A stretch of 64,000 nt of DNA from Squalus acanthias. Taxonomy: Eukaryota. The translations under genes and the position numbers were made by a program. The notes under the pieces are model-generated. The model made no database searches. It was given only the letters and a program-made list of their open reading frames with translations, and was not told the origin of the DNA. The DNA lies in the NCBI GenBank assembly GCA_030390025.1, contig CM059432.1, positions 93,994,001 to 94,058,000 of the forward strand, written 5' to 3'. Each line of letters starts with the position of its first letter. The stretch's first letter is position 1. Positions 62,750-64,000 of this stretch are shown here, in pieces.

Positions 62750-63680
62750 GAGCCCTTCACAAATGGTATGATAAGCAGCACAACTCACCATAAAATGTGA
62801 GTGCTTCTCACTCTCCTGCTAATTACAGCACTGACACACACCAAACCTTACAGAACAGTAGTTGAAGGTGGTGAGCTTTAGCAGTGCCTGCTTATCTCTC
62901 TGAAACCTAATCATGGCAAGTACCAAACCCTAGATATATGAGCACATATCCTCATGTCTGGTCTCCAGATGACACTTTCCAGCAGCAGTCATCCCCGAGT
63001 TTCTTCATCAGCACTGCAATAGACATCTGCCAGTGTGCTGGAAGGATCTAAACAGGGTAGCTTGTGTCATGCCAGTCATACTATAACACTCTGCTTTCTG
63101 AACTCCCAGGTACTGATATGAATCAACAATTGGAACACATGCTACTTGCATCTTTCAATCAAAAGCTCAAAGATCCCTTCATATGCCATGCAAAGTCATA
63201 ATACTGCAGTTGTGGACACCCAGTAAAATATCCCACAAGTTAGCCCATTGTTGGTAGATTATATCGACCATTTTGAACAACACAATATCATCTGTTAAGA
63301 AGGAAAGCCTCAATACAGAAGGTTCCAGGAACAGACAATCCCAAGTCCATCCCTCAATATGCTATCCAATACACGGTTGATGAAAACACTGAATAGGAGG
63401 ACAGTGGAAACTGTGCTTCACTCCCCTTTTGAAAGAGACATTCAATGAGTTTCTCATCCATCGTACATGGATATTGGAGCTGCAATATGCAACCCAGATT
63501 AAATTGAAGATTTGGCCATGCACTGCTGGAGCTTTTAATTTTTCTATGAGGCACTAGATATAAAGCCATTAGGAAAATCAATGATAGCAATGTAAGTGGG
63601 TCTCCCCTCCCACCCACGCGAGCCTTTCAATGTTCTGAGATCTTCAAAAAAGCCACAATCTAATTCTCAACATTCCTTAA
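62750..63680 (-). mobile_element. Ancient non-LTR RT remnant (RTE-like)
   Basis: Minus strand tacattgctatcattgatttt (YIAIIDF), ggagtgaagca (GVK) and ctattcagtgttttcatcaac (LFSVFIN) in correct RT order. Confidence 0.45.
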
Positions 63681-63881
63681 AAAAGCAGAAACCAATCCAA
63701 GTTATCTACTATTGCGCCTGTTCAACCAGATAATTACAAAGTGTCATTCTCAGGTTTGATAACAGGTTACAGTACCTCTTGGTTGGCAGTGCGAATGTGA
63801 GGGAACACCACAGATTTTTTTTCTAGATCAAAAAATATATTTACTAAAAGAAGAATGTACAGTTCAGTTTCAAGACTTATC

Positions 63882-64000
63882 GGGTACGGTAGCGTAGTGG
63901 TAATGTCACTGGGCTAGTAATCCAGAGGCCTGGACTAATGATGCAGAGACGTGAGTTCAAATCCCACCACGGCAGCTGGGGAATTTAAATTCAGTTAATG
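63882..64000 (+). mobile_element. tRNA-derived head of the same LINE/SINE family, running off the window
   Basis: gggtacggtagcgtagtgg...gagttcaaatccc matches 31097-31190 and the reverse complement of 47680-47739. Confidence 0.88.

Noticed and set aside
63882..63970. Possible tRNA gene
   Set aside because: No clean cloverleaf; identical in type to the retroelement head at 31097.

Overview
AT-rich vertebrate genomic DNA, almost certainly from a cartilaginous fish (shark-like), judged by an HE1/V-SINE, SacSINE1-like DeuSINEs, CR1 and L2 LINEs and Penelope pLTRs. I could not identify any host protein-coding exon, so the window looks like a large intron or intergenic region. Every recognisable long ORF is a decayed transposon RT/endonuclease fragment. 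The window holds many nested transposable elements, several with readable target-site duplications (TSDs). Main observations: (1) a single-ORF CR1-group (Zenon-like) LINE with a tRNA-derived, SINE-like head and almost no sense-strand TTTT runs, seen in two copies plus a third head, suggesting a Pol III-transcribed coding retroelement; (2) a Penelope-like element (PLE) with inverted pLTRs carrying hammerhead ribozymes, whose inverted arms extend about 300 bp into non-PLE DNA; (3) solo pLTR/hammerhead insertions with 12-bp TSDs; (4) GG(G/C)C-ended TIR elements with 3-bp, mostly AAT, TSDs that carry a conserved internal hairpin and consensus 5' splice sites; (5) a 47-bp inverted templated insertion; (6) a tRNA-iMet pseudogene. 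Repeat family names come from recognition and need library alignment. Coordinates were counted by hand; the ends of decayed repeats are approximate.
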